Source: an uncultured cyanobacterium (lineage in GTDB: Bacteria; Cyanobacteriota; Cyanobacteriia; Cyanobacteriales; CAWCAG01). From it: 64,000 nucleotides of DNA. A program made the translations under genes and the position numbers. Positions 18,217 to 27,039 of the stretch are shown in pieces. Below the pieces are notes generated by a model, which was not told the DNA's origin, ran no database searches, and saw only the letters and a list, made by a program, of their open reading frames with translations. Location of the stretch: contig CAWCAG010000007.1 of assembly GCA_963793425.1 (NCBI GenBank), positions 576,001-640,000 on the forward strand, given 5' to 3'. Numbering within the stretch: the stretch's first letter is position 1; every line of letters starts with the position of its first letter.

Positions 18217-18803
18217 GAGTGAACTCTGGGTTCGGGGTGCAGCTTTGTGAGTAAATTACTTTCTGCGATCGCAAGCTCTTCTAATCTTTGTTCGACTAAA
18301 TCTCGTTCAAAGTAGGTATCTGCTAAAACCCAATAAATGCCATAATGACGGGCTTCTGAAGCGACTAAGCTGCGATAAAATTCAGCTAAGTCTGGTTCAG
18401 GACAATGGGTAGCCAGTAAGTCTAATCTTTCGTGGGAACGGGCTTCGATTAAGCAGGAGACGAGGAGAGAATCTAGTAGTCTGTTTGGTTCTTTTTTGCG
18501 AACTTGAGATTTTAAACCGGAACCATAGGGAGGGGCGTTTAACGGTGCAAGAGGAACTCCCCGCTTTTCTAACCATTGATTAACCATCTCAAAATGTTCT
18601 AATTCTTCTTGGGCGATGGTGGTTAACTGTTTGACTAGTTTGCTACGGGCAGGATAGCGAAACATGAAGTTAATCGCTACGCTGGCTGCTTTGCATTCGC
18701 AGTGAGAGTGATCTAAAAGGATTATATCTAAGTTATTAATAGCCTGCTCTACCCAAGCTTCGTTGGTAGGCTGTTTAAGGATTTTAATCTTTGCTACTAT
18801 CAT
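18213..18803 (-). CDS. miaE: tRNA-(ms2io6A)-hydroxylase
   Basis: DHSHCE.KAA, EELEHF, IEARSHER, SEARH diiron motifs. Confidence 0.93.
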   Translation of the reverse strand: MIVAKIKILKQPTNEAWVEQAINNLDIILLDHSHCECKAASVAINFMFRYPARSKLVKQLTTIAQEELEHFEMVNQWLEKRGVPLAPLNAPPYGSGLKSQVRKKEPNRLLDSLLVSCLIEARSHERLDLLATHCPEPDLAEFYRSLVASEARHYGIYWVLADTYFERDLVEQRLEELAIAESNLLTKLHPEPRVHS

Positions 18804-18970
18804 TTATTATTAAACGCTTATAAGGCAATTGGGTTGCTTAGATGAGTTTTTTTGATTAGTACTTTTACTAAAATTGTCTCTTTTTATTTTCTTTAAATTG
18901 AGATGGGCATCTTCTCTTATTCTATGTTACAGGGATAGCCCATTTTTTTCTCAAGATTAATTACTAGACT

Positions 18971-19837
18971 TTGAATGAAATCAGGAAAGCTAGAAAGATG
19001 CGAATAATATTTAACTTCTTCTTTGAGATAGAATTTTATTTGAAAGTAGCAATTAGTTGTACAATCTTTCAACAAGTTTTTTACTGGGTATTGCAGGATA
19101 TTAAACTCAACTTCTTTTCCCAAGTACTTTTATATTGGCTTGTTGCTTCTGTCTCATTTTATAGTATTGGCGTTTTTATTGAGAAGATTATTAAAAAGAA
19201 TGACAAATTGAGGGGTAAGTTAAATTCTAGGGTTAAGAAAGTAAAAAAACAACCATTTCCTGCTTTTACAGCCAAAGGCATTATGTTAGGAGAAATAAAA
19301 AGTTTTACCACCGCATTAATTATTCTTTTTCTAGCACCAGAAATTCATCGAGGGAATGGCTTACTTTTGAATCTTGCCTGGTTCTTAATGAGGATAGTTG
19401 TTGCTGACTTTTGTTTTTATATCGCTCATCGGTCACTGCACAGAAAATTCTTACAAAAAATTCATCTCAAACATCATGAATTTCGCGACACATCAAGTTT
19501 TGTAGCTGGGCATAAGAGCTTCTTAGAATATATTATTGTTACTATCACAGACCTTTTACCTATTTTTATCTTTGGCTATGATCTTACTCAAATATTAGCT
19601 TGGACTTTAATAGGTAATGCCTACAATTTAGAAGGTCATAGTTCATTATCAATATTTTTTATCTCCTCAGATTTTCATGATCTTCATCATACTGATTTCA
19701 GGAATAACTATGGTATTCAAGGATTTTGGGACAGGATATTTAAGACTTTGAATCCTCCTAACAAGAAGTCGGGAATTGTTTTTCCTGTTGCTTTATTAGA
19801 GAAGATTACCATGAAGTTATCTGACAGTATTGATTGA
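18971..19837 (+). CDS. sterol desaturase / fatty-acid hydroxylase family
   Basis: His boxes HRSLH, HLKHH, HDLHH and NYG…WDRIF; start uncertain. Confidence 0.88.
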   Translation: MNEIRKARKMRIIFNFFFEIEFYLKVAISCTIFQQVFYWVLQDIKLNFFSQVLLYWLVASVSFYSIGVFIEKIIKKNDKLRGKLNSRVKKVKKQPFPAFTAKGIMLGEIKSFTTALIILFLAPEIHRGNGLLLNLAWFLMRIVVADFCFYIAHRSLHRKFLQKIHLKHHEFRDTSSFVAGHKSFLEYIIVTITDLLPIFIFGYDLTQILAWTLIGNAYNLEGHSSLSIFFISSDFHDLHHTDFRNNYGIQGFWDRIFKTLNPPNKKSGIVFPVALLEKITMKLSDSID

Positions 19838-20010
19838 GGTGAGGCTAAAGCCTCTGCGTGGCTTCCCTTACGCCCCTAAAGCCCATCTAATAAATTTAGC
19901 TAATGCTACATAAAAACAACTTATATGTTATCTCTCTTGCTATTTCCTGAACTTATGATTAAAGTGAAGATAGTTCCACTAAATGAGATTGAAATAATCG
20001 AGAGTACAAA

Positions 20011-20307
20011 ATGCTAACTTTCACTGAGAGAAACAACCGTCAGCCCTTAAACATACTTGAACCCATGCAAAGGAAGCTGGAAAACTTAGAAATAAACTCA
20101 GAACAACTAGCACGCAAAATTGTTAAACTTATTCCTTCTCAATGTCCCTTCGCCCGTGAAGTGCGTTTGTTTAATCGAGTTTTGTTTCGTATTCCGGCAC
20201 TTTGTAAACTCAATCCTTTTTATGAACAACTAACCATTTTGCGATTTCGTGCTTTGTGTTTTCTTGCCGACAAATGTGGTGAAGATGTTAGTATTTACTG
20301 CACATAA
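20011..20307 (+). CDS. Mo-dependent nitrogenase C-terminal domain-containing small protein
   Basis: IPSQCPFAR, IPALCKLNPFYEQL, LRFRALCFLADKCGED. Confidence 0.9.
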   Translation: MLTFTERNNRQPLNILEPMQRKLENLEINSEQLARKIVKLIPSQCPFAREVRLFNRVLFRIPALCKLNPFYEQLTILRFRALCFLADKCGEDVSIYCT

Positions 20308-20411
20308 AGCGACGGAGAGACGGGGAGACTTTGTGACTCCCTACACCCCTGATATCAGGTTATAGTATCTAATCAAAACTTATTACTTTTAGCCACTAGC
20401 AATTAGCAAGT

Positions 20412-23246
20412 CTATTCTTCAGTTTCAGATTCTAATTCGACAGCACTAAGTTGACCAAAAGGGAGAAAAGCAGCCCAGTAATAGGGGTGTTTTTCTAACA
20501 AAGATAATTGTACTTTTCGTAATGCTTCACTACGCCCTTGACCTTTTCCTAAACCTTGATAGTATTTCTGTAGTAAATCTTGTTTCTCCGCCCCATCTCC
20601 TAGCCAAAGACTGAGGAGTTGAGTTTCACTTCCTGCTAAAACCAGAGAACGGAGTAATGCTGAGACAGCTTTACCATTAGCTAAGTCTTCTTCTCCGGTT
20701 TGAGTTTGAGAAAGTACAACTAATTGTGTTCCTTTCAAGTTTAGTTGGGCAATTTCTGTGGCAGTGAGAATGGCTTCTGGTTGATTATTAGCTGCTGCTA
20801 AAGCAATGCCAGCTTGGAGAAGAGGATTTCGTGGGGCATTGCTAGCTATAGCTGTTTCGTTAATGAAGAAGCCGTGAGTAGCGAGATGAAGAATGCTAGG
20901 GCTTTGCATCGCTTGAAGATTTTCTTGATTGGCATCAGCCCCCATTAGTTGTTTTGCCTTTGGTAATAGAGGTGCGATCGCCTTAATTTCTTGGTTGGTT
21001 TTTGGTAGGCTGGGGAAGAGAATTGGGGGATTTTCTCCATAGGTGGGAAGAGATTTTCCGGTTTCCTGTTTTGTTTTTTTGACTAAAAATGCCTCTGGTT
21101 TCCTTGGTTGTTGAAAAGCCGGATTCCCTACTAAAATTGCTTCATTTTTACTGGGGTTAGAGTTCGCCCAACTTAAAATATCTCGTCCAGAAGTAAGGTA
21201 AGTGAATTCATAATCTTTCACTAAATAATTGTTTTTTTCATCTACTAAAGCAGCGAAGGGAACTAAGTTTATTTGTCCATCAGGAGACAGGAATACTTTA
21301 CGAGTACTACCTAATAAAGGGCGAATCGGCTGCATTAACTTTTGCTCTAATTTACGGGAGATACTTTTAACTTGAGTAAGGGAAAGTTCAGGATTTTGCA
21401 GAGCTTCTCGAAATTCAACAATGAGGTTATCAATAGTAGCCGCATCCCCTAAGCCAACCCATTTTGGTTCCCCATTTTTAGGCAAAATGTAGGCAATATA
21501 ACGAGGGGCTTTAAATCTTTTCCCCAAGTTTTGAACACGAGGGTTATCAGGTTGATAAGCAATTATTTCCACTAAAGCGGTTTTTTCTGGGAGTGCTTTT
21601 TGCAGCCCATCTATAGTTACACTTTGTCCTTGATTATTAAACTGGGCTTCTAGGTTTTGAATCTGTTGCCGCAAATTGCTTATTTGTTGTTGGTATTGTT
21701 GAGGAGTGAGGTTATCGGAGTTTTGAAACAGAAGCCCAGCTAGTTGAGAACGAAGATTACTAAGTTTTTGGAAGCTGGTTTGATTAGTATTTGCGGCGGA
21801 AGAGTTTGCCGCTAAAGTATCAATCAATCTGCCTTTACGACGGAGTACTGTAGTGAGAGCTAAACGAGTGGCTTGAGGATTTTTTGGTGCTTCTTGAACA
21901 TGGAGAGAAACTGTTGCATTGGTTTGATCTGTTAATGCTTCTTGGTAAGCTTGTTTTCCTTCTTGAGAATTAGTGGCGAAAATAAGAGAAAGATTATCTT
22001 CTGTTACTTGGTTACTCAAACTCTGAAATTCTAAGGCGCGAGGAATTTCATCTTGGGCGCGATATAAACGGGCTAAATTATTAACACTATTGGTAACTAA
22101 AGGATGGTTTTTACCTAATACCTTTTGCCAAATTGCTAAGGATTGTTCATAAAGTGGTCTGGCTTTGTCCTCTTTACCTTGCAAGTCATATAATTGGGCA
22201 AGATTATTTAAGCTTGTGGCTAAGTCGGGATGATTTTTTCCTAACACTTTCTCCCGAATGGAAATAGTATTGAGATAAAGATTTTCTGCTTGTTTATATT
22301 TCTGTTGAGCTTTAGATAAATCTGCTAAGTTATGGAGAAGAGTAGCAGTAATAGTATTCTGACGGGCATTTCTACCATCTTGAATAGCAATGCCACGGTT
22401 ATAAAGGGGTTCTGCTTGACTATAATTACCCTTTTCAAAGTATAATCGGGCGAGATTGTTGAGATCCAAAGCAACTTGAGGATGATTTTTTCCTAAGCGT
22501 TTTTCATCACTACTCAAGACAAATTTATAAAGAGGCTCTGCTTGATCGTATTGCTTTTTGTCTTGATACAAACTGGCTAAATTACTAACTGTAGTTGCAA
22601 CATCAGGATGCTGTTCTCCTAATTCGTTTTCTCTAATTTCAAAACTACGGGTATAAAGCTTTTCTGCTTCGTTATACTTTCCTTGATCATGGTATAAAGC
22701 AGCAAGATTGTTGAGGGTTAAAGCCACAACAAGATCGTTTTCGCCATAAGTTTGTTCTTCTATGCTCAATGCACGTTGATAAAGAGGTTCAGCTTCTTTA
22801 TAGTTACCTCCATCGTGATAAGTAGCTGCCAGGTTATTAAGGGTTAAAGCTACTTGTGGATCGTTTTTAGTAAAGACTTTTTCTTGAATAGCCAGTGCCT
22901 GTTTTAATGGTGCTTCAGCTTCTTTATACTTACCTAAAGCCCGAAATAAAACCCCTAAGTTGCTTAAAGTCTTCGCCACTTCAGGATTTCCTTTTCCTAA
23001 CAAGTTAGCTTTGATTTCTAAAGCTTTCCTCGCCGGAGAAATACCGGCTGTATATTTTCCTTCTTGATACAGTTTTTCTACTTCAGCATCAAATTTCTCA
23101 GCTTCTTTTAATAGTGCCAACTCTTCCGGGGTAATAATTTGAGGCGGGCGAGGAGGAGGAGGATTTTGCCCGACTGCGGGAACTTCCGTTACTATAGCTA
23201 GGGCGATTATTGTTAAGCCAAAAATTAATTGATTACTGGTTTTCAT
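20412..23246 (-). CDS. exported TPR + CHAT domain protein (catalytic Cys absent)
   Basis: Signal peptide, about 9 TPRs (LNNLA.LY), CHAT motifs SPDGQINLVPF, HLATHG, VVLSQTQTG, HPYYWAAF. Confidence 0.92.
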   Translation of the reverse strand: MKTSNQLIFGLTIIALAIVTEVPAVGQNPPPPRPPQIITPEELALLKEAEKFDAEVEKLYQEGKYTAGISPARKALEIKANLLGKGNPEVAKTLSNLGVLFRALGKYKEAEAPLKQALAIQEKVFTKNDPQVALTLNNLAATYHDGGNYKEAEPLYQRALSIEEQTYGENDLVVALTLNNLAALYHDQGKYNEAEKLYTRSFEIRENELGEQHPDVATTVSNLASLYQDKKQYDQAEPLYKFVLSSDEKRLGKNHPQVALDLNNLARLYFEKGNYSQAEPLYNRGIAIQDGRNARQNTITATLLHNLADLSKAQQKYKQAENLYLNTISIREKVLGKNHPDLATSLNNLAQLYDLQGKEDKARPLYEQSLAIWQKVLGKNHPLVTNSVNNLARLYRAQDEIPRALEFQSLSNQVTEDNLSLIFATNSQEGKQAYQEALTDQTNATVSLHVQEAPKNPQATRLALTTVLRRKGRLIDTLAANSSAANTNQTSFQKLSNLRSQLAGLLFQNSDNLTPQQYQQQISNLRQQIQNLEAQFNNQGQSVTIDGLQKALPEKTALVEIIAYQPDNPRVQNLGKRFKAPRYIAYILPKNGEPKWVGLGDAATIDNLIVEFREALQNPELSLTQVKSISRKLEQKLMQPIRPLLGSTRKVFLSPDGQINLVPFAALVDEKNNYLVKDYEFTYLTSGRDILSWANSNPSKNEAILVGNPAFQQPRKPEAFLVKKTKQETGKSLPTYGENPPILFPSLPKTNQEIKAIAPLLPKAKQLMGADANQENLQAMQSPSILHLATHGFFINETAIASNAPRNPLLQAGIALAAANNQPEAILTATEIAQLNLKGTQLVVLSQTQTGEEDLANGKAVSALLRSLVLAGSETQLLSLWLGDGAEKQDLLQKYYQGLGKGQGRSEALRKVQLSLLEKHPYYWAAFLPFGQLSAVELESETEE

Positions 23247-23290
23247 AAATTGATTGCTATTTTTTAAAAACTAATCTGCCACAAAGCATT

Positions 23291-23968
23291 ATGGAAGAAA
23301 TTGAGACGATACCAGAATTTAAAGAAGTTTGGCAAGAAACCTTAAAATGGCAGCCAAGTAACGCGCTTCAAGAGAAATTTCAACAGTTATACGAACAAGT
23401 TATTATCGGCAACCGCCAGTTAAATTTAACTCGTATCACCGCCCCCGAAGAGTTTTGGGAAAAGCATCTCTGGGACTCTTTAAAGGGAGTTGCCCCCTGG
23501 TTAACTCAATCAGAGTCGGGGCTTAAAGTTATGGATATTGGTACAGGGGCTGGCTTTCCTGGCTTACCTGTTGCCCTAACTTTTCCTCATTGGCAAGTTA
23601 CTTTACTCGATTCTACCCGCAAAAAGATCACTTTTTTAGATGGTTTGTTGCCGAAGTTAGAGATTTTCAATGCCACAACTTTGGTAGGGAGGGCCGAATC
23701 TGTAGGCAAGAAGTTTCGCCACCATGCTGCCTATGATTTAACTTTGGTTAGGGCAGTGGGTAAACCTATTGTTTGCGCCCAGTACGCTTTACCTTTACTT
23801 AAACCAGGAGCTATAGCTGTATTGTATCGCGGTCAGTGGACAGAAGAAGATGATCAAGAGTTACGTTTAGGGTTACGAGGGCTGGGGGGAAAAGTTAAGA
23901 ATGTGGAGAAGTTTTTTACTCCTTTAACAGGAAGTGTTCGTCATTGTCTTTATATTAATAAGTTGTAG
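23291..23968 (+). CDS. rsmG: 16S rRNA m7G527 methyltransferase
   Basis: NLTRI, KHLWDS, DIGTGAGFPG, RAE, RAV. Confidence 0.96.
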   Translation: MEEIETIPEFKEVWQETLKWQPSNALQEKFQQLYEQVIIGNRQLNLTRITAPEEFWEKHLWDSLKGVAPWLTQSESGLKVMDIGTGAGFPGLPVALTFPHWQVTLLDSTRKKITFLDGLLPKLEIFNATTLVGRAESVGKKFRHHAAYDLTLVRAVGKPIVCAQYALPLLKPGAIAVLYRGQWTEEDDQELRLGLRGLGGKVKNVEKFFTPLTGSVRHCLYINKL

Positions 23969-24006
23969 AATAGTTATTGTCCATACTACTTACAGAGCAT
24001 TTATTA

Positions 24007-24735
24007 ATGAAAAACCCGATTATAGAAGGTTTATTAAATGAGTTTAAAGAAGAATATCCTTTACCAACAAATGTATCTGAATCAGATGCCTTTGAGCATT
24101 TTATAAATTATTATATTATCGCTAAAGATTATGACGAATCTAATCCTGATATAGAAGATATTTGTACTGGCGGTGCTGGAGATAAAGGTATAGATGGTGT
24201 TGGTCTTGTTGTCAATGGAAACTTAATTAATTCCCAAGATGATGTAGAAAATTTTGGCAATTTGAATGGCTATCTTAAAGTTGATTTTATTATTATTCAA
24301 TCAAAATATCGTTCTAACTTTGATTCAAAAGAGATTTTAGCTTTCGCAAGAGGTATTAAGTTTCTATTTGCGTTTGACAAGAACTTTAATGCAAACTCAC
24401 ATCTAAATCATAAAAAAGAATTAATAGAGTTCATTTATGAGCAAAACTTATTTAAGGATAAAAATCCGAGGTGCAAAATTTACTATGTCACCACAGGTAA
24501 GTGGAAAAATGACCAAGAGATTACAGAACTAATAGACTCTATCAAAAAAGAACTAGAAGATAAATCTATTTTTGATGAGGTTTTATTTGCTCCTATTGAT
24601 GCTGCGGGTATCCAAAATATATATCGCTCTGTTAATAATCAAATGTCAAGAACTGCAATCTATCAAAAATTTAATACCGAACTAAATACTCACTCCCTAT
24701 GGACTCTATGTTTTGCGGAAATGGTCAGCAAATAG
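24007..24735 (+). pseudogene. AIPR (abortive infection phage resistance) family protein, C-terminally truncated
   Basis: N-terminal FEHFINY…GGAGDKGIDG…IIQSK…YYVTTGKW of AIPR proteins. Similarity appears to end ~24640, before the AIPR core (NVR/NNG motifs absent). Start taken at ATG 24007. Confidence 0.75.
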
Positions 24736-24826
24736 CTAGCTTGTCTTGCAAGTCTTCTCTGGTTCGGATTGCTGTTAATTAGTTGATATTCATTTCTTCT
24801 ATCAATTCAAATTCAACTATTACTTA

Positions 24827-25306
24827 TTACCATTTGTACTGATTATATAAATAAATAGTATGCCGCACCACTTCATTTCTCCCCTTATAAACCCAAGATT
24901 TAATCATCGTTTGACCTTCGGTATCACACTCGTAGCGATCGCCTAAAAAATCAGCTTCGTAGCCACTTCTTACACCGTCATTTTCAATAACCACTGCATA
25001 AATACTATCTAAATGAGTATATACTGTTAAAGTTTCAGAACAGCGAATTACCACACCATAAGTACTTTCTTCAAAAGTAATCGGTTCAGCATTTTTATCC
25101 CACCAACAACTATATTTTCTACCGTCACTGGTTTCTAAAACCGACTTTTGTTGAAAGCTTTGATAATCTATTCTCGCAGAATTGGTTTCAGGACAAGCAA
25201 CAGCTAATGTACTAGAAAAAACAGCTAAGGTACTAACTACCACACTTAATAAATATGAGTAACGTTGAGGACTATTTTGCCAGAGATTAAATTTATACCG
25301 AAACAT
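24827..25306 (-). CDS. exported hypothetical protein
   Basis: 159 aa with a hydrophobic signal region and four Cys. Confidence 0.65.
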   Translation of the reverse strand: MFRYKFNLWQNSPQRYSYLLSVVVSTLAVFSSTLAVACPETNSARIDYQSFQQKSVLETSDGRKYSCWWDKNAEPITFEESTYGVVIRCSETLTVYTHLDSIYAVVIENDGVRSGYEADFLGDRYECDTEGQTMIKSWVYKGRNEVVRHTIYLYNQYKW

Positions 25307-25429
25307 GATAACTATGGTAGTTTGTTTGTAGAAAAAAAAGTTTTTCTCTATGTTCCATTTTAGCTTAGAGAAAAAAAGCCATCATAGCAATTAGAAAAGA
25401 CAATCTAAACGACTACTTTATAACTATGA

Positions 25430-25458
25430 GCAATGTCTAGGCTGGGCTTTGCCTACTC
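25430..25458 (+). repeat. second SDR5-like 21-nt element in a degenerate HIP1 site
   Basis: GCAAT + gtctaggctgggctttgccta (21 nt) + CTC; shares tgggctttgccta with 6528-6540. Confidence 0.7.
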
Positions 25459-25578
25459 TCTATTATCAATACATAGATGTACTGCTTGCTGTTGCTAGAT
25501 GTTAAAATTATTAATAATGAGTGTCAGTGGCTATGGCATAATTAATGAAAGCATAGACTACAAACAATCAATAGGGTT

Positions 25579-25803
25579 ATGGCACGCATTACTATTCAAG
25601 TTGATGAAGATATTAAGACGGCATTTGAAAAAGCTAGTCCTAAGATGCAGCAACAGTTAAGCTCTATTGTTCAACTGTTTTTTAGAGAAAATTTACATAA
25701 TCAAAGCTTAACAGAGGTAATGGCAAAAATTTCTGACCAAGCACAGCAGCGAGGCTTGACACCAGAAATTTTACAGGATATTTTGGCTGGCAATGACAAA
25801 TAA
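25579..25803 (+). CDS. putative antitoxin of PIN TA pair
   Basis: 74 aa ending AQQRGLTPEILQDIL; overlaps the PIN gene. Confidence 0.8.
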   Translation: MARITIQVDEDIKTAFEKASPKMQQQLSSIVQLFFRENLHNQSLTEVMAKISDQAQQRGLTPEILQDILAGNDK

Positions 25804-26203
25804 GTTCGTAATAGATACTAACGTTTTAATCAGTGCTTTACTCTTCAAATCTTCAATCCCTTTCCAAGCAATTAAATTAGCAGAAAAACGAGGGATTATT
25901 TTATACTCTGAAGCGACTTTAAATGAATTAGAGCAAGTTTTGAACCGTAAAAAATTCAACAAGTATATTTCTTTAGAAGAGCGACAAGTATTTTTGCTTA
26001 AATTTGTTAGTTCATGCCAGTTGATATCTATTACAAAAAATATCTCGATCTCTAGAGATGAGAAAGATAACAAGTTTTTAGAGTTGGCTATTAGCGGTAA
26101 TGCCGATGTAATCGTTACAGGGGATTTAGATTTATTAGAACTCAACCCTTTTCAAGAAGTAGAAATTATTACTCCAGATACCGTTATAAGCGATAGGCAA
26201 TAG
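25793..26203 (+). CDS. PIN-domain (VapC-like) toxin
   Basis: VIDTNVLISA, RDEKDNKFLELA, IVTGDLDLL. Confidence 0.92.
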   Translation: MTNKFVIDTNVLISALLFKSSIPFQAIKLAEKRGIILYSEATLNELEQVLNRKKFNKYISLEERQVFLLKFVSSCQLISITKNISISRDEKDNKFLELAISGNADVIVTGDLDLLELNPFQEVEIITPDTVISDRQ

Positions 26204-26232
26204 AGAAAGATTAATTAGTTGACTAATACTTC

Positions 26233-26883
26233 ATGACTTTAATCAAAGAAATTATGGTTAAAACTATCCCGGCCCAAAAAGTGACTTTATTAGATTTAGA
26301 GTCTCAATTCAATTTAGAGCGTACTTCTGAATCACAATTTTTCTTAGAATGGCAAGAAGATTTACCCGAATTAAACGAATTGGACAAGCAAGTTTTGGAT
26401 GAAGTGAGAGCAGATTACCTACATTTGTCTAAACTTCCCATCTTGGAACCTATCGTCAAAATGGTTATTTTAGGGCCTCTTTTTAGAAGGGCTAGCTTTT
26501 ACCGTTCTCCTTTTTATATTACAGCCGAAAAAGAAGTAGAAATAACTTCTGAAGATGAAGGAACAATCATTAGAGGAAGACTTGATTTACTAGTCTTTAC
26601 TCCTGAGTTTTGGGTGACAGTTATTGAATCAAAACGCACTCAGTTTTCCTTAGAAGCAGGCATTCCCCAAGCCTTAGCTTATATGTTAGGAAGTCCCCAC
26701 AAAAATAAACCTGCATTGGGATTTGTTAGCAATGGCCCTGATTTTGTTTTTCTCAAATTAGTGCAAGAGACTAATCCCCAATACGGGCGATCGCAACATT
26801 TCCATATAGACACCGAAGGCGACTTATATACAGTATTAAGCATCCTCAAAAAGCTAGCCAAAATAGTAAGCCAAAAACCTTAA
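26233..26883 (+). CDS. restriction endonuclease-like protein (type I R-subunit N-terminal-like)
   Basis: PD-(D/E)xK pattern GRLD…VIESK and QALAYM, SNG. Confidence 0.8.
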   Translation: MTLIKEIMVKTIPAQKVTLLDLESQFNLERTSESQFFLEWQEDLPELNELDKQVLDEVRADYLHLSKLPILEPIVKMVILGPLFRRASFYRSPFYITAEKEVEITSEDEGTIIRGRLDLLVFTPEFWVTVIESKRTQFSLEAGIPQALAYMLGSPHKNKPALGFVSNGPDFVFLKLVQETNPQYGRSQHFHIDTEGDLYTVLSILKKLAKIVSQKP

Positions 26884-26915
26884 TCATTAAAGCCTCCTAC
26901 TTATTACTTATTACT

Positions 26916-27039
26916 TATAGCAATTCTAATTCACATGAGGTACAAAGAGCCTTTTCTAATGCTCCCTACTCCCTACTCCCTACTCCCTATTCCCTCAAAC
27001 CAAGGCCTTTTGTACCTCACTAGCTTGGGAAAGGCTATA
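26916..27039. repeat. MITE-like inverted-repeat element enclosing a CTCCCTA heptamer array
   Basis: tatagc…gctata termini, inner stem tgaggtacaaa/tttgtacctca, (ctcccta)n inside, TTACTTA heptamers on both flanks. Confidence 0.7.

Noticed and set aside
19843..19873. Possible third 21-nt SDR in a HIP1 remnant
   Set aside because: The left flank does not match GCGAT and similarity to the other two copies is weak.
20011..20307. Evidence of nitrogen fixation
   Set aside because: This small domain family is widespread in cyanobacteria and no nif genes are present in the window.
24643..24652. atgtcaagaa at the AIPR truncation point, matching the IS605 right-end junction (874-883)
   Set aside because: Only 10 bp, with no subterminal hairpin; compatible with chance.
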